Source of the DNA: an uncultured Ignavibacteria bacterium
Lineage (GTDB): Bacteria > Zixibacteria > MSB-5A5 > UM-FILTER-46-8
Assembly (NCBI GenBank): GCA_964563085.1
Contig: CAZLVS010000009.1
Location: 14,400 to 78,399, forward strand
Length of the DNA stretch: 64,000 nt
Direction: 5' to 3'
Shown: in pieces, positions 19,455 to 30,032 of the stretch
Position numbering within the stretch: the first letter of the stretch is position 1
How the letters are laid out: each line of letters opens with the position of its first letter
Made by a program: the position numbers and the translations under genes
Notes under the pieces: generated by a model
Told to the model about the DNA's origin: nothing
Databases searched by the model: none
Seen by the model: the letters and a program-made list of their open reading frames with translations, nothing else

Positions 19455-21128
19455 ATGTTTTTCACGGAAGCCTCCTTTTCTCTATTGGCAGCGATGATAT
19501 TATTATTCGTTATCCTCTTGATAACCGCAATCGTCTATCAAAAAAAAAGCAGGCGGTACTATGAATTCATCAATCTGTTTGTCAACTCTGATATCTGTCT
19601 TGAGCCGCAAGAAAATTTAAGGCGCAGTTTTCAGCATCTGGGAAAAATAATAGGAGCAGATAAAGGCATTCTACTCGCCGAAGACAAAGGGGAATATGTC
19701 CCGGTTGCCTTATTCGGATTCTCTGCTTCCGCGCTGAAAACGATCTCCGCTGAAGATTTGCATCTCGAAAAATCGGGTGAGCATTCATATTCCTATGAGA
19801 AACTCAGCAGGATACTTGGATGGGAGGCGCGTTCGATTTTTCCCATAAATGCGGGAAACGGATTAAATGCGATAGCCATATTTTCCGCTAAGATAGATTA
19901 TTCAAAAGATGTGCTCAGGATCAAGAGTATTAATGCAATAAAACAACGGGTCGCTTTTGCTCTTGACCATGTTGCGCTAAAACTCAGCTGCCGTACGCTG
20001 CGCAAGAAATTCACGGCGCAGTTCAATGAGATAGTCAACTTAAAGAGGGAGATCCGGCGAAGAGTTTATGACATCAACTCCCTGTTTAAAGAGTCATCCA
20101 GCCTTTACACTATTCTCAACGAGGAAAAGCTTTTTAACTCTTTTCTTCTGATGATCGTAGGACAGCTCGGTTTGCACAGGGCAGCTATCCTCCACAAGGA
20201 GCGGGACAGCAATGAATATAATTTAAAACATCATCGCGGCTTATCTCGTAATTCAATCAGACTTATCAGGATCAGGGACGATTCGACGCTGATTGCATAT
20301 CTCAACTCGTTGGAGGGCCCGATGATCCTCGATAAAGCCTCTGAAATGATTGGCGAATATTCCGAATTAAAAAGGCTGAAGGAAACCGGATTCAAAATTA
20401 TCTACCGCTTAACTTTCAGAGGATCGACGTTCGGTTATCTTCTTACGGGCGGTAAAGTTAACGGTAATCCTTATCTGTCGTCAGATCTGAAGCTGATGAC
20501 AATTCTGGTGAATATGCTCACCTCGGCCCTTGAGAACACCGCCAATTATAACATTATCGAAGAGCTCTCATTCACCGATAGTCTGACCGGATTATATAAT
20601 TATCGTTATTTTTACAAACGATTAAACGAAGAAATATTCAGGGCGAAACGGTATTTCAGAAGCCTTGCGCTGGTGATATTCGATATCGATAATTTCAAAT
20701 TGTTCAATGACACTTATGGACATCAGGCTGGTGATGCGGTTTTACGGCAGTTGGGCGCCTTTGTGCAAAAGCTGGTCCGCAGCATCGATGTGGTCTGCAG
20801 GTATGGGGGGGAGGAGTTCTGCGTAATCATGCAGGAGACCGGCGCAAATGATGCTGTGATTTTTGTGGAACGTCTTCGTGAGAAGATTGAATCGTTCAAA
20901 TTCAGTTTCGATTTCGCCGAGGAAGCGCCGAGGATAACCGTTTCTATCGGTGTGGCGATTTATCCGCTTGATGCTCAGAATGCGGATAAGCTGATTTATT
21001 CCGCCGATATGGCTTTGCTGCAAGCCAAAGGCGATGGTAAAAACAGGTATCGTTTATATTCTGAACTTCACCAACCCGCAAAAAACGATACAAAACCCCC
21101 CTCTGTTTATAAACAACAAATAAGTTAA
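19455..21128 (+). CDS. Membrane-anchored GAF-type sensor diguanylate cyclase
   Basis: N-terminal TM helix; DSLTGLYN, DIDNFK.FNDTYGH, RSID I-site, GGEEF. Confidence 0.9.
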   Translation: MFFTEASFSLLAAMILLFVILLITAIVYQKKSRRYYEFINLFVNSDICLEPQENLRRSFQHLGKIIGADKGILLAEDKGEYVPVALFGFSASALKTISAEDLHLEKSGEHSYSYEKLSRILGWEARSIFPINAGNGLNAIAIFSAKIDYSKDVLRIKSINAIKQRVAFALDHVALKLSCRTLRKKFTAQFNEIVNLKREIRRRVYDINSLFKESSSLYTILNEEKLFNSFLLMIVGQLGLHRAAILHKERDSNEYNLKHHRGLSRNSIRLIRIRDDSTLIAYLNSLEGPMILDKASEMIGEYSELKRLKETGFKIIYRLTFRGSTFGYLLTGGKVNGNPYLSSDLKLMTILVNMLTSALENTANYNIIEELSFTDSLTGLYNYRYFYKRLNEEIFRAKRYFRSLALVIFDIDNFKLFNDTYGHQAGDAVLRQLGAFVQKLVRSIDVVCRYGGEEFCVIMQETGANDAVIFVERLREKIESFKFSFDFAEEAPRITVSIGVAIYPLDAQNADKLIYSADMALLQAKGDGKNRYRLYSELHQPAKNDTKPPSVYKQQIS

Positions 21129-21289
21129 TTAGGAAATCTGTCGATATATAGATAAAAACTCGATATTCCATTTCGCTTTGGGAATTGCAATCGATAACCG
21201 TTCGGATCATGTCTGCGATAGCCTTGAGACTCCGCAACATGAATCCGGTGTAAGAAATTAAATAAGCTGTGGATAAGTGGATAATAAGT

Positions 21290-22276
21290 ATGATAAATAT
21301 CAAACGAAAGAACTCAAGCAGCCGATTTACTTTTAAGCTATGCGTTCGGGTTTCACTTTTCATCCTATTACTTTCGCCTGTAGTTTTTGCGCAGGATTAT
21401 GAGATAGGCGCCGGTGATGTGTTGGAGGTTACCTTTTGGCAGCAGCCGGAACTCAACACTACGGTAACTGTCAGGCAGGACGGAAAGATCTCCTTGCCGG
21501 TGGTGGGCGAACTCAATGCCGAAGGGTTGACTTCCACCGAGTTATCCTCCTCTATCGTGGAAAACATATCCTATTATAATCCCAATATATCTCAGGCTAA
21601 CGTAGTGGTTAGAGAATTTAACAGCCGAAGGGTATATATTACCGGACAGGTGGTTGAGCCGGGCAGATATGCCTTTGAGGCGCTGCCCAATCTATGGGAT
21701 GCTATCAAGGAAGCCGGAGGTCCAACCGAAGCCGCCGATCTATCTCGCGTCAGGATCGTTCGAGGTCAAACCGGTGAAATCGAAACAGTCGATCTGGAGA
21801 GATATTTCAATCAAGGTAACTATCATGAGATACCCGGGGTCTCCAGCAACGACAATATCGATGTTCCGCGCCACGCATTATCGACCGAAGAGGGAATTAT
21901 CCCGCGTGATTTCGAGGGACGGCGAATATGTTATGTCTACGGCGCCGTGAGTGAACCGGGCGTTTTCAATCTCGATAAGGGGATGGATGCGCTGGATGCT
22001 ATCGTTCTCGCCGGAGGTCCTCTGCCGGAAGCCAATATGTCCAGTGTGAAAGTTATTCGGCAATTCGATAGTTACAGTCAGATTACCGATATCGATATAA
22101 AGAAGTATTCGGAGAAAGGACATCCGCCCAGATTACTGCTTAAACCGGAAGATACGGTGATGGTGCCCAGGCGCAGTTCCTTCTGGCACAGTTTCTTATC
22201 CACGTTCGGGGATTTCATGCCTGTAATTATAGCGACGACCTCGACAATTATAGCCGTAGATGCAATAAACGACTGA
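21290..22276 (+). CDS. wza: Polysaccharide export protein (Wza/Poly_export + SLBB); start uncertain
   Basis: YEIGAGDVLEV, VRQDGKISLP.VGEL.AEGLT, two SLBB repeats, C-terminal amphipathic helix. Confidence 0.85.
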   Translation: MINIKRKNSSSRFTFKLCVRVSLFILLLSPVVFAQDYEIGAGDVLEVTFWQQPELNTTVTVRQDGKISLPVVGELNAEGLTSTELSSSIVENISYYNPNISQANVVVREFNSRRVYITGQVVEPGRYAFEALPNLWDAIKEAGGPTEAADLSRVRIVRGQTGEIETVDLERYFNQGNYHEIPGVSSNDNIDVPRHALSTEEGIIPRDFEGRRICYVYGAVSEPGVFNLDKGMDALDAIVLAGGPLPEANMSSVKVIRQFDSYSQITDIDIKKYSEKGHPPRLLLKPEDTVMVPRRSSFWHSFLSTFGDFMPVIIATTSTIIAVDAIND

Positions 22277-22287
22277 AGTAATATTAT

Positions 22288-23880
22288 ATGGAATTCGATC
22301 AAAACCAACAGACTATAGAACTAAGAGACTACTGGCGCATTTTAGTAAAGAGGAAATGGTTCCTTATATTTCCTTTCGTTATCACAGCTTTGCTTGTGAC
22401 AGCGGGCAGCTACTATTTGCAGCCCGCCTATGAATCATCCACCACTATTCTGGTTGCGGAATCTCATCTTCTGTCGCCGACATTCTCCAGGATGATGCCT
22501 GAGAGCGAACCCCGCATGAGCCGTGAGCAAAGGCAGGAACGGATTAACACCATCCGTAACCGAATAGTCTCCACCGATTATTTGTCGCAGCTTATTGAAA
22601 GGTTAGACCTGCCGGTGCCGCAGTCGATCAAAGAGGCTGTTATCGAGCTTCACAATAAGTTTCCGGAAATATCCGAACTGGAATTAGCCAGAAAGATGCA
22701 GGTGGAATCACTCCGGCGTACTCTCAGCGTCAGTTTCAATGGAAGCAACCTGGTGCAGATAACGGCAACCGCATCCTCACCGCAGCTTGCGGCGGAAAAA
22801 GCGCGCACGCTGGCGGACATCTTTATAGAAAACTCATTGGCAAGCGAGTTAACCGGTGTTGAAGGCGCTTTGGTCTTTTCCGATGAGATGCTGGAGACCT
22901 ATCGCAAGCGGCTGGAGGAGTCCGAGGCAGAGCTTCGCAGGTTCGAGCAGGAAATGCTGCGAAGAAATATGGACCAGGACTCCACCATGATCAGAAATAT
23001 CGATCAGATTAATTCCGCAATCGATGCTGCTAATATCGAGATTAAATCAATTTCCAAAACTATCGGTACGTTGCGGGATGAACTCGAAAAGTACGGGATT
23101 GACCAAGCTCGAATCGAATACTCCAGTAATTTGGCTTCCCTGAAATTCGACGCCTTAGAAAGCATATCGGGATTATCCAGGCTTCTGGTCCGCTATTCAT
23201 GGCGGGATGCCCAGGTTGTGCGGATAAGCGAGCGTTCCAGGGAATATCTCCAGGAGATCGAAAACGAAATTGAAAGATTGGTGACCAAGCAGTTCCCCGA
23301 AAGGGAGCCTGTGATTCAGCAGAAGCTGATCGATTATGAGTTCCTTTCGATAAAGCTTTCTTTCCTTGAGGAGAAACGAAGAATGCTTTACGAAGCGATT
23401 AGAAATGTCCAAAGCCAGATAGCCGAGAGCCCCGCTTTGACGCAGCGACATGAGGTGTTACAGCGCAAGGTGGAGGAAAATCGCAGGATATACGAACTTT
23501 TCTCCGAGCAGTTGACCGGTTCGCAAATAAACCAAGCGGCTACCCGCGCGGAAGCGGAAACGAAATTCAAAATTATCGAGCCTGCTGCGATCCCCTTAAA
23601 GCCGGTCAGCCCTAATCGAGTGAAATTGGCGGCGGTTGGCGCCGTACTGGGATTGGCTCTGGGCCTGGGTATAATTCTGCTGTTGGAATTATGGGACAAT
23701 AGTTTCCATAAAGTGGAGGAAGTTGAATCGTATCTGGGCTTGAAAGTTGTCGGGACTGTCCCCAAGCTCAAATTACCGCTCTCTCAAAAAGGATCGGGAA
23801 GGATTTGGATTATTATGGGGATTACCGTTTCGACCGCCCTGGTCGCATTCATTATTTATTTAAGCAGAACGGTTCAATAG
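22288..23880 (+). CDS. Polysaccharide co-polymerase/chain-length regulator (Wzc N-terminal part, GumC-like)
   Basis: LRDYWRIL, TM1, coiled-coil periplasmic region, IIEPAAIPLKPVSPN, TM2. Confidence 0.87.
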   Translation: MEFDQNQQTIELRDYWRILVKRKWFLIFPFVITALLVTAGSYYLQPAYESSTTILVAESHLLSPTFSRMMPESEPRMSREQRQERINTIRNRIVSTDYLSQLIERLDLPVPQSIKEAVIELHNKFPEISELELARKMQVESLRRTLSVSFNGSNLVQITATASSPQLAAEKARTLADIFIENSLASELTGVEGALVFSDEMLETYRKRLEESEAELRRFEQEMLRRNMDQDSTMIRNIDQINSAIDAANIEIKSISKTIGTLRDELEKYGIDQARIEYSSNLASLKFDALESISGLSRLLVRYSWRDAQVVRISERSREYLQEIENEIERLVTKQFPEREPVIQQKLIDYEFLSIKLSFLEEKRRMLYEAIRNVQSQIAESPALTQRHEVLQRKVEENRRIYELFSEQLTGSQINQAATRAEAETKFKIIEPAAIPLKPVSPNRVKLAAVGAVLGLALGLGIILLLELWDNSFHKVEEVESYLGLKVVGTVPKLKLPLSQKGSGRIWIIMGITVSTALVAFIIYLSRTVQ

Positions 23881-23892
23881 GAGGAAGAGGCG

Positions 23893-25032
23893 ATGGAGTT
23901 CATCGGATTTGAAACCTGCATCAAGGCAAAAGAGAATGAATACCATTTAAAAACAGCCAGTGATATCCAGCAGAATCAGCTCAACAGCGTTATGATAAAA
24001 AACGGCATGGTTCAGACTGTTAACGAATCTATCCCTCTTGACGGCACCGTCGAGGCCGATATCAAAGGGGAGACGCGCCGAGTTCATAACGAACGAGTGG
24101 AGATCATATACTTGCTGTCGGAATTTTCCCAAAATATGCCGCTCTCTGTCGATAATGCCGTCTGGCGGGACCGTCTTGGTATGGGATTTTTCAACTCGGG
24201 TATGTATGAGGAGGCTATCGGCGAGTTTCAAAAGGCTGTTAATCGCGATCCGCTTTATTCCCAAGCCCTAAACCATCTGGGCAAATCATATTTCAATTCC
24301 GGCGATTGCCGTCGGGCTATCGAATATCTGGAATTGGCTGTGAAGCAAAAGCCGGATTTCGCTGATTTCCACCTGGATCTTGCCGAGGCTTATCTCAAAG
24401 TCGGCAGATGCGAAGATTCATTTACTTCCGCCGAGAGGGCCCTGATAATCAATTCTTTTTATGGAAGGGCATATTACCTGCGAGCATTGGCGCTTCTGAT
24501 GAAAGCAGTTTATCTGGATAATACTGAGCCGGAAGAGGGATTAACGCAGAGGATACAAAATGATATCAGCAGCGCTGTCAGTATCGATTCCTCGCTTAAA
24601 CCCGAGGAATATGAGACGGCATGGCAGCGCCTCGAAAACGGAGATTACAAAGATGCTCTGGCGATACTGGAAAGCAACGCTAAAATGCCCGGATCTCAGA
24701 AGTTCTCAACCGCCAAGTTGAAAACCTATATCAAACTGGCGATGTCTCTTGATAAGCTTAGTTATGATGAGGTTTTCGATTATATCGCGTATCTTGAGGA
24801 AAAGCTGGATAAAAATCCCCAGTTTGCCGACTTGCATTACGAACTGGGCGCAGCTCATTCCATTTTGGGCAATATATTCGCCAGCCGGGCATCGAAATAT
24901 TATAAAAGAGCGCTCGAGGTGAATCCGAATTTTTCAAAGGCGCGGAGCAGCCTGAAGATAACCGAGAATTTTGACCAAGGCACAGAAAGCCTTCTAAAGA
25001 CAATATTAAACAGCAGGGATGCGGGATGCTGA
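23893..25032 (+). CDS. Tetratricopeptide-repeat protein
   Basis: Repeated TPRs (LGMGFF..GMYEEAI.EFQKA, ALNHLG..YF, ADFHLDLA, ADLHYELG); GGAGG RBS. Confidence 0.8.
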   Translation: MEFIGFETCIKAKENEYHLKTASDIQQNQLNSVMIKNGMVQTVNESIPLDGTVEADIKGETRRVHNERVEIIYLLSEFSQNMPLSVDNAVWRDRLGMGFFNSGMYEEAIGEFQKAVNRDPLYSQALNHLGKSYFNSGDCRRAIEYLELAVKQKPDFADFHLDLAEAYLKVGRCEDSFTSAERALIINSFYGRAYYLRALALLMKAVYLDNTEPEEGLTQRIQNDISSAVSIDSSLKPEEYETAWQRLENGDYKDALAILESNAKMPGSQKFSTAKLKTYIKLAMSLDKLSYDEVFDYIAYLEEKLDKNPQFADLHYELGAAHSILGNIFASRASKYYKRALEVNPNFSKARSSLKITENFDQGTESLLKTILNSRDAGC

Positions 25033-25778
25033 AAAAGAAAAGAGCCGGATCGATAATAGAATACTTCGATCGGGAATCCCCCGAAGCTATAGAGATGCGG
25101 CGGGTGTTCAATTATTTGATATCTAAGTCCGATAAGAAAAATAACATCTTAAACAATTTTGCCATCACCAGCGCTACCCTGGGAGAGGGCAAATCGACCA
25201 TCGCCAGTCTTTTGGCAATATCCATCGCTGATCACAGCAAATCTAACGTCCTTTTGGTTGATGTCGATTTCCGCCGACCCAGACTGCACGATATATTTTC
25301 AATCAAACTCGCCGGAGGCATATCGGACATACTTTCAGGAGAAAGTATCGATAACTTCATCCTGAAAAGCGCCTCTTTTGAAAATCTAAAGATCATTACC
25401 GCGGGAAAGAGGTTGTCGAATCCGATCAGTTTACTTGATACCGGCAAATTAAAATCGTTTTTTGATAAGATGAGGTATCATTTCGACTATATTATTCTGG
25501 ATTGCCCTCCGGTAATCCCGGTATCCGACATAATGGATATCGCTCCGGAAATAGATGGGGTTTTGATGGTGGTCAAAGCGGGTCAGACACCTAAAGACGT
25601 CGCTAAGCGCGCCGTAAATTTGCTAAAGAACTACGGAATAAATATACTCGGCTGTATTCTCAACGATACCGAAAAGGTGCTGCCTTATTACTACGATTAC
25701 AGCTACTATAGATATTCCTCCCGGCAGGACAAACCATCAAGGCAAAAGTCCCCCCGAAAACAAAAAGCAACCGCCTGA
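25026..25778 (+). CDS. CpsD/CapB-type bacterial tyrosine kinase
   Basis: Walker A GEGKST, DVDFRRP, Walker B ILDCPP, C-terminal Tyr cluster YYYDYSYYRY. Confidence 0.9.
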   Translation: MLKKKRAGSIIEYFDRESPEAIEMRRVFNYLISKSDKKNNILNNFAITSATLGEGKSTIASLLAISIADHSKSNVLLVDVDFRRPRLHDIFSIKLAGGISDILSGESIDNFILKSASFENLKIITAGKRLSNPISLLDTGKLKSFFDKMRYHFDYIILDCPPVIPVSDIMDIAPEIDGVLMVVKAGQTPKDVAKRAVNLLKNYGINILGCILNDTEKVLPYYYDYSYYRYSSRQDKPSRQKSPRKQKATA

Positions 25779-25789
25779 CGGCTGCCTCC

Positions 25790-26020
25790 TCATTGCGCGG
25801 AGCGCAGCGCCGAAGCAATCCATTTACCCTAACCGCAGGTTACGGGCGTACCCCCCGCGAAATGGACTGCACAGGAATTCATCAAGCTGTTAAAATAGGC
25901 TAATGTGGTCGGCGGACGTCCCCGTCCACCGACTGAGCGGCATGCTCTGACTATATATAAGCACGCATGGCCAAGGCTGCGCCTTGACCACGCCGCCCGC
26001 GTAAAACACAATCCGACTAA
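25790..26020. repeat. REP-like palindrome cassette
   Basis: CATTGCG...GAAGCAATCC, TGGTCGGCGGACGTCCCCGTCCACCGAC, GCATGGCCAAGGCTGCGCCTTGACCACGC (cf. 6711, 51065, 51147). Confidence 0.8.
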
Positions 26021-26037
26021 CGTCTAACGACTAATGA

Positions 26038-27459
26038 CTATTTCAACAATGTCATCCGTTTGGTGAGTACATTGCCTCCGGAGGATAATCTATAGAAATA
26101 GATTCCCGAAGGATAATCAGCGGCATTCCAGGTAACAGTATAGTGCCCTGATTGCTGGTGGTTGTCCACCAATGCTGCCACCTTCTGTCCCATCAAGTTG
26201 AATACTTCAAGGTTTACATCACCAGGCTCGGATATGACATAGGCTATATTGGTGGAAGCGTTGAACGGATTCGGATAATTACTGTTTAAAGCGTATTCGC
26301 TTGGCGTTGCGTCATCTTCATAAAATCCGCCCTCAAGCAGCCATTCGGACGCGCCATCTGAATTGCGAGCGCCTGTTACGGTGAATTCGAAAAAGGCGGA
26401 GTCGCAGGCGTCAGGTTTTTCCCCCGAATATGAGATATACGTATAAGTACCGGTTGGCGCATATACAGGAACGCTTTGATTGAGATGGGCGGAAAGCGTC
26501 TGAGCCGGAGCCAGACTAATGTTGGAGAAATTCCACAATTCGTAGAAATCTCCGAGATAGATAATGCCGACCCAAACATCGGTAATCAAGGTATCATCAT
26601 TTGGATTGCCTATATGACCTGTTAAGCCGAAGGTTCCGCCTTGAGGAACCATGATCGGATCGTCATCCGGCACCATATCAACATCGCTGCACATAATCCC
26701 CTCTACTCCTGAATATCCATACCAGTTGCCGTTGTCATGATCGCCGGTAAACAGCAGGTTGTTGCAGTGCGAGAGAGTCCAACTCCAATCACCGTACGGA
26801 ACCGTGATCGTCTCCACATAGTTGCCATCGAAGTCGTAAACGGGAATGGTGGTGCTGTAAAAAGCTTCCTCGAAGAACAGGTGGATACCGTTGGTAGCGA
26901 TCGGGTAATCGTAATTATCGCCGTTAATTGTAAACTGCCCGACTTGTTCCCCGGTATCGATATCAAACATCCATACGGTTTCGGAGTAATGTTCGTAGAT
27001 TATGCCTTCCGAGAAACAAACTTCGCTATTGGTATCATTGAACATATCGGAAAACACGGTTGTGGTTGCTCCGGTCTCGGGATCGATAATGTATAAATCC
27101 GTACCGAACGGCTTAAGGTAAACATCGCCATTGTACATCCAGCAAGTACGCACCGAACTCACGCCGATCGTTACGGAGTTGACTAGGTTGCCGTTTATGT
27201 CGTAGGTTTCACAACCGGCGTTGTAGCCGATCCCGTAATACAGGTTGTTCTCCTCGTCAAAACAGATAGACTGGGCTTGACTGCTGAAGAAATGTTCAAA
27301 CTGAATCTCCAGACTTGGTGAGTATTGGGTAATCGCAGATTGCTGTTTCGGCGCATTACCGGAATTTACATCGCTGTCGTTCAAGGCGATATCCTGAAGC
27401 GCAAAGGAACTCGATGCAATAAAAGCGGTAATAAACAAAGCGAGAAGTAATTTTTTCAT
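26038..27459 (-). CDS. Secreted protein (probable beta-propeller) with Ig-like domain and T9SS-type CTD
   Basis: Signal peptide MKKLLLALF...; short beta repeats; PNPFNASTNI...SGIYFYRL...KRMTLLK. Confidence 0.75.
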   Translation of the reverse strand: MKKLLLALFITAFIASSSFALQDIALNDSDVNSGNAPKQQSAITQYSPSLEIQFEHFFSSQAQSICFDEENNLYYGIGYNAGCETYDINGNLVNSVTIGVSSVRTCWMYNGDVYLKPFGTDLYIIDPETGATTTVFSDMFNDTNSEVCFSEGIIYEHYSETVWMFDIDTGEQVGQFTINGDNYDYPIATNGIHLFFEEAFYSTTIPVYDFDGNYVETITVPYGDWSWTLSHCNNLLFTGDHDNGNWYGYSGVEGIMCSDVDMVPDDDPIMVPQGGTFGLTGHIGNPNDDTLITDVWVGIIYLGDFYELWNFSNISLAPAQTLSAHLNQSVPVYAPTGTYTYISYSGEKPDACDSAFFEFTVTGARNSDGASEWLLEGGFYEDDATPSEYALNSNYPNPFNASTNIAYVISEPGDVNLEVFNLMGQKVAALVDNHQQSGHYTVTWNAADYPSGIYFYRLSSGGNVLTKRMTLLK

Positions 27460-27852
27460 TTTGAACCTCATAAATAATTCGTTTGTAGATGGGTGAGATA
27501 GGGGCAACCGCTTGCTTATTGTCTAATACCTCCTTTCCTTGATAGGTTGATGAAACGGATTTATCGATTCACAACAAATAAAAAATCGATGTAATGAATG
27601 TTTATTCAATAATATAAGCGAGTCCGCTATTTGCATGATTAGCAGCCGATAACCGGGATGCTCGGCAGCAAGGACCGGTGACATCCATCTGGCGTAGAAA
27701 AACGGAGAAATACATTTTTATATAAACTAAATTACAAAATAAATGTTAAATCGTCAAGCAATAAATACCCGAGACTTAATAACTAACTTACTGCTTTTTT
27801 TACCAAATTTGTATTTGCTTTTAATTACTTACTCAACTTATTTTTATAGGTT

Positions 27853-28560
27853 ATGGAATTTGTGGAAAGAGAGGAAATTGAGCGCAATTACGGACAACTG
27901 AAGGATGATATCGACAGCATCTGCACTCCACTCGGGATCAACGGCGAGAATGTAGTTATTATTGCGGTGACCAAAACATTCCCGCCGGAGGTTGTACGGT
28001 CCGCATTGGAAGCGGGAATTACTCATATAGGCGAAAATCGAATACAGGAAGCCGAAAATAAGGCGGATACGGTTCGACGGCTAAATGGGAGTTTCCACAT
28101 GATAGGTCACCTTCAATCCAATAAGGCGAAAAAAGCGGTTGAGATCTTCGATATGATTCAGTCGGTGGATAGTGTGAAGATAGCCGGAAAGATATCCGAA
28201 GAAGCTCAAAAAAGGAGTAAAAGGATGGAGGTCTTGCTCCAGGTAAATTGCTCGGGTGAAAAAAGCAAATCGGGATTCGAACCATCGGTGATAACCGAAG
28301 CCGCTGATAAAATTAAAGCATTGCCCGGAGTTGAGATAAAAGGTATAATGACAATCGGTCCGTTTGTGGATGATGAGAGTATAATCAGCAGGGATTTTCG
28401 ACTTACGAAGAAACTTTATGATGACATCGGAAGTAGAAATCCCGATATTGATATGAAGTATCTGTCGATGGGAATGAGCGCCGATTATCACATCGCTTTG
28501 CGAGAAGGCGCTAATATGATTCGGGTAGGTTCGGTAATTTTCGGTTCCCGTACGGCATAA
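27853..28560 (+). CDS. yggS: PLP homeostasis protein YggS/PLPBP
   Basis: AVTKT, GENRIQE, HMIGHLQSNK, LSMGMSADY, IRVGS.IFG. Confidence 0.95.
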   Translation: MEFVEREEIERNYGQLKDDIDSICTPLGINGENVVIIAVTKTFPPEVVRSALEAGITHIGENRIQEAENKADTVRRLNGSFHMIGHLQSNKAKKAVEIFDMIQSVDSVKIAGKISEEAQKRSKRMEVLLQVNCSGEKSKSGFEPSVITEAADKIKALPGVEIKGIMTIGPFVDDESIISRDFRLTKKLYDDIGSRNPDIDMKYLSMGMSADYHIALREGANMIRVGSVIFGSRTA

Positions 28561-28611
28561 ACCGGCGCTAATTCAGGTCGAAAAATGAAATAAATTCGAA
28601 AGGTATTTATT

Positions 28612-29172
28612 GTGACGTTAAATCCAATCGATATACGGCATCAGCAATTTAAGAAATCCTTGCGGGGTTTCGATCCGGTCGAAGTCGAGCATTATCTTAA
28701 TCAAGTTGCTGATAGAATTGAGGAAATACTTCAGGAACACGAGGAGTTGAAAATATCCCAGAGGGAGATTAAAGCGAAATTATCAAGCTATACCGATACC
28801 GAATCCGCTATAAGCGAAACCATGGTAGCCGCGCAAAAAAACGCTGAAAAGACCGTGGAAAATGCCAACAAGGAAGCCGGTTTGATTATCAAGCAAGCGC
28901 GTTCGGATGCCGACCGAATAATAAAGCAGGCCTCTGATAGGGCAGTCAAAATCCGTCAGTATATACATGAACTCGAGATGGAAAAAGCCTCCTTGGTCGG
29001 AGAAATGAAATCTATTATAAAAGCTCATACGCAGTTAATTGAACAGATTGTACGCGAGAGTGATAAGGAGGTGCCGGAGATAACTCCGAAATCGCAACTT
29101 AGCGATGATGATATCGATAGAATAGCCGAAGAATACGAAATACGCTCGGGAGCGGATAACCAGCAAGAATAA
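28612..29172 (+). CDS. divIVA: DivIVA-domain protein
   Basis: LNPIDIRHQQFKKSLRGFDPVEV followed by coiled coil. Confidence 0.88.
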   Translation: MTLNPIDIRHQQFKKSLRGFDPVEVEHYLNQVADRIEEILQEHEELKISQREIKAKLSSYTDTESAISETMVAAQKNAEKTVENANKEAGLIIKQARSDADRIIKQASDRAVKIRQYIHELEMEKASLVGEMKSIIKAHTQLIEQIVRESDKEVPEITPKSQLSDDDIDRIAEEYEIRSGADNQQE

Positions 29173-29195
29173 GACAATCATCGAAGAGGTATATT

Positions 29196-30023
29196 TTGGA
29201 CGGAATTTACGAACAAACTCAGGAAGCAGTCGAATTCATTAAAACGAAAACCGGGTTTGATCCCGATGTCGGTATTATCTTGGGTACCGGATTGGGGGCG
29301 GTTGCCGAAGCGATTGATAGGGAAGCGGTTATAGATTACGAGAATATTCCCAATTTTCCGGTTTCAACGGTTGAAAGCCATTCCGGGAGGCTTATTCTCG
29401 GTACTTTATCCGGAAAAAACGTGATTGCTATGCAGGGAAGATTTCATCTTTACGAAGGTTATTCGGCGCAGCAAGTGACTTTTCCGGTGAGGGTGATGAA
29501 AGCGTTGGGGATCAAGCTGCTTTTTGTTTCCAACGCCTGCGGCGGACTAAATCCGCAATTTAAAACCGGCGATATAATGATTATAACCGATCATATCAAT
29601 TTTCAGGGCAAAAATCCCCTGGTGGGCGTAAATGACGACAGATTGGGTCCTCGTTTTCCCGACATGTACAATGTTTACGATAAAGACCTGGTTAACTTAA
29701 TGTATGATACCGCCATTGAAAACGGCATAGGAGTTCAAAAGGGAGTATACCTGTCCGTGTTGGGTCCGAATTTGGAAACGGCGGCGGAGTTCCGGGCGCT
29801 TCGTACACTCGGCGCCGATGTCGTTGGTATGTCCACGATTCCGGAGGTGATTGCTGCCAGACACTCCGGCTTGAAAGTGATGGGATTATCCATCATAACC
29901 GACATGGGTCTTCCCGACGCTATGGAGCCGATCTCGTTGGAATCAGTACTGGCTGCCGCTAAGGAAACGGAGCCGATGATGAAACTTTTAGTTACGAAAA
30001 CATTTGAAAAGCTTGAGATATAA
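29196..30023 (+). CDS. punA: Purine-nucleoside phosphorylase (trimeric type)
   Basis: ILGTGLG, MQGRFHLYEGY, GPNLETAAE, VGMSTIPEV. Confidence 0.93.
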   Translation: MDGIYEQTQEAVEFIKTKTGFDPDVGIILGTGLGAVAEAIDREAVIDYENIPNFPVSTVESHSGRLILGTLSGKNVIAMQGRFHLYEGYSAQQVTFPVRVMKALGIKLLFVSNACGGLNPQFKTGDIMIITDHINFQGKNPLVGVNDDRLGPRFPDMYNVYDKDLVNLMYDTAIENGIGVQKGVYLSVLGPNLETAAEFRALRTLGADVVGMSTIPEVIAARHSGLKVMGLSIITDMGLPDAMEPISLESVLAAAKETEPMMKLLVTKTFEKLEI

Positions 30024-30032
30024 ATCGCTATT

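Noticed and set aside
21268-21284. Perfect DnaA box (TGTGGATAA) plus an adjacent near-match, suggesting oriC
   Set aside because: Only two boxes, no AT-rich unwinding element or dnaA/gidA context; one perfect 9-mer in 64 kb on either strand is near chance expectation.
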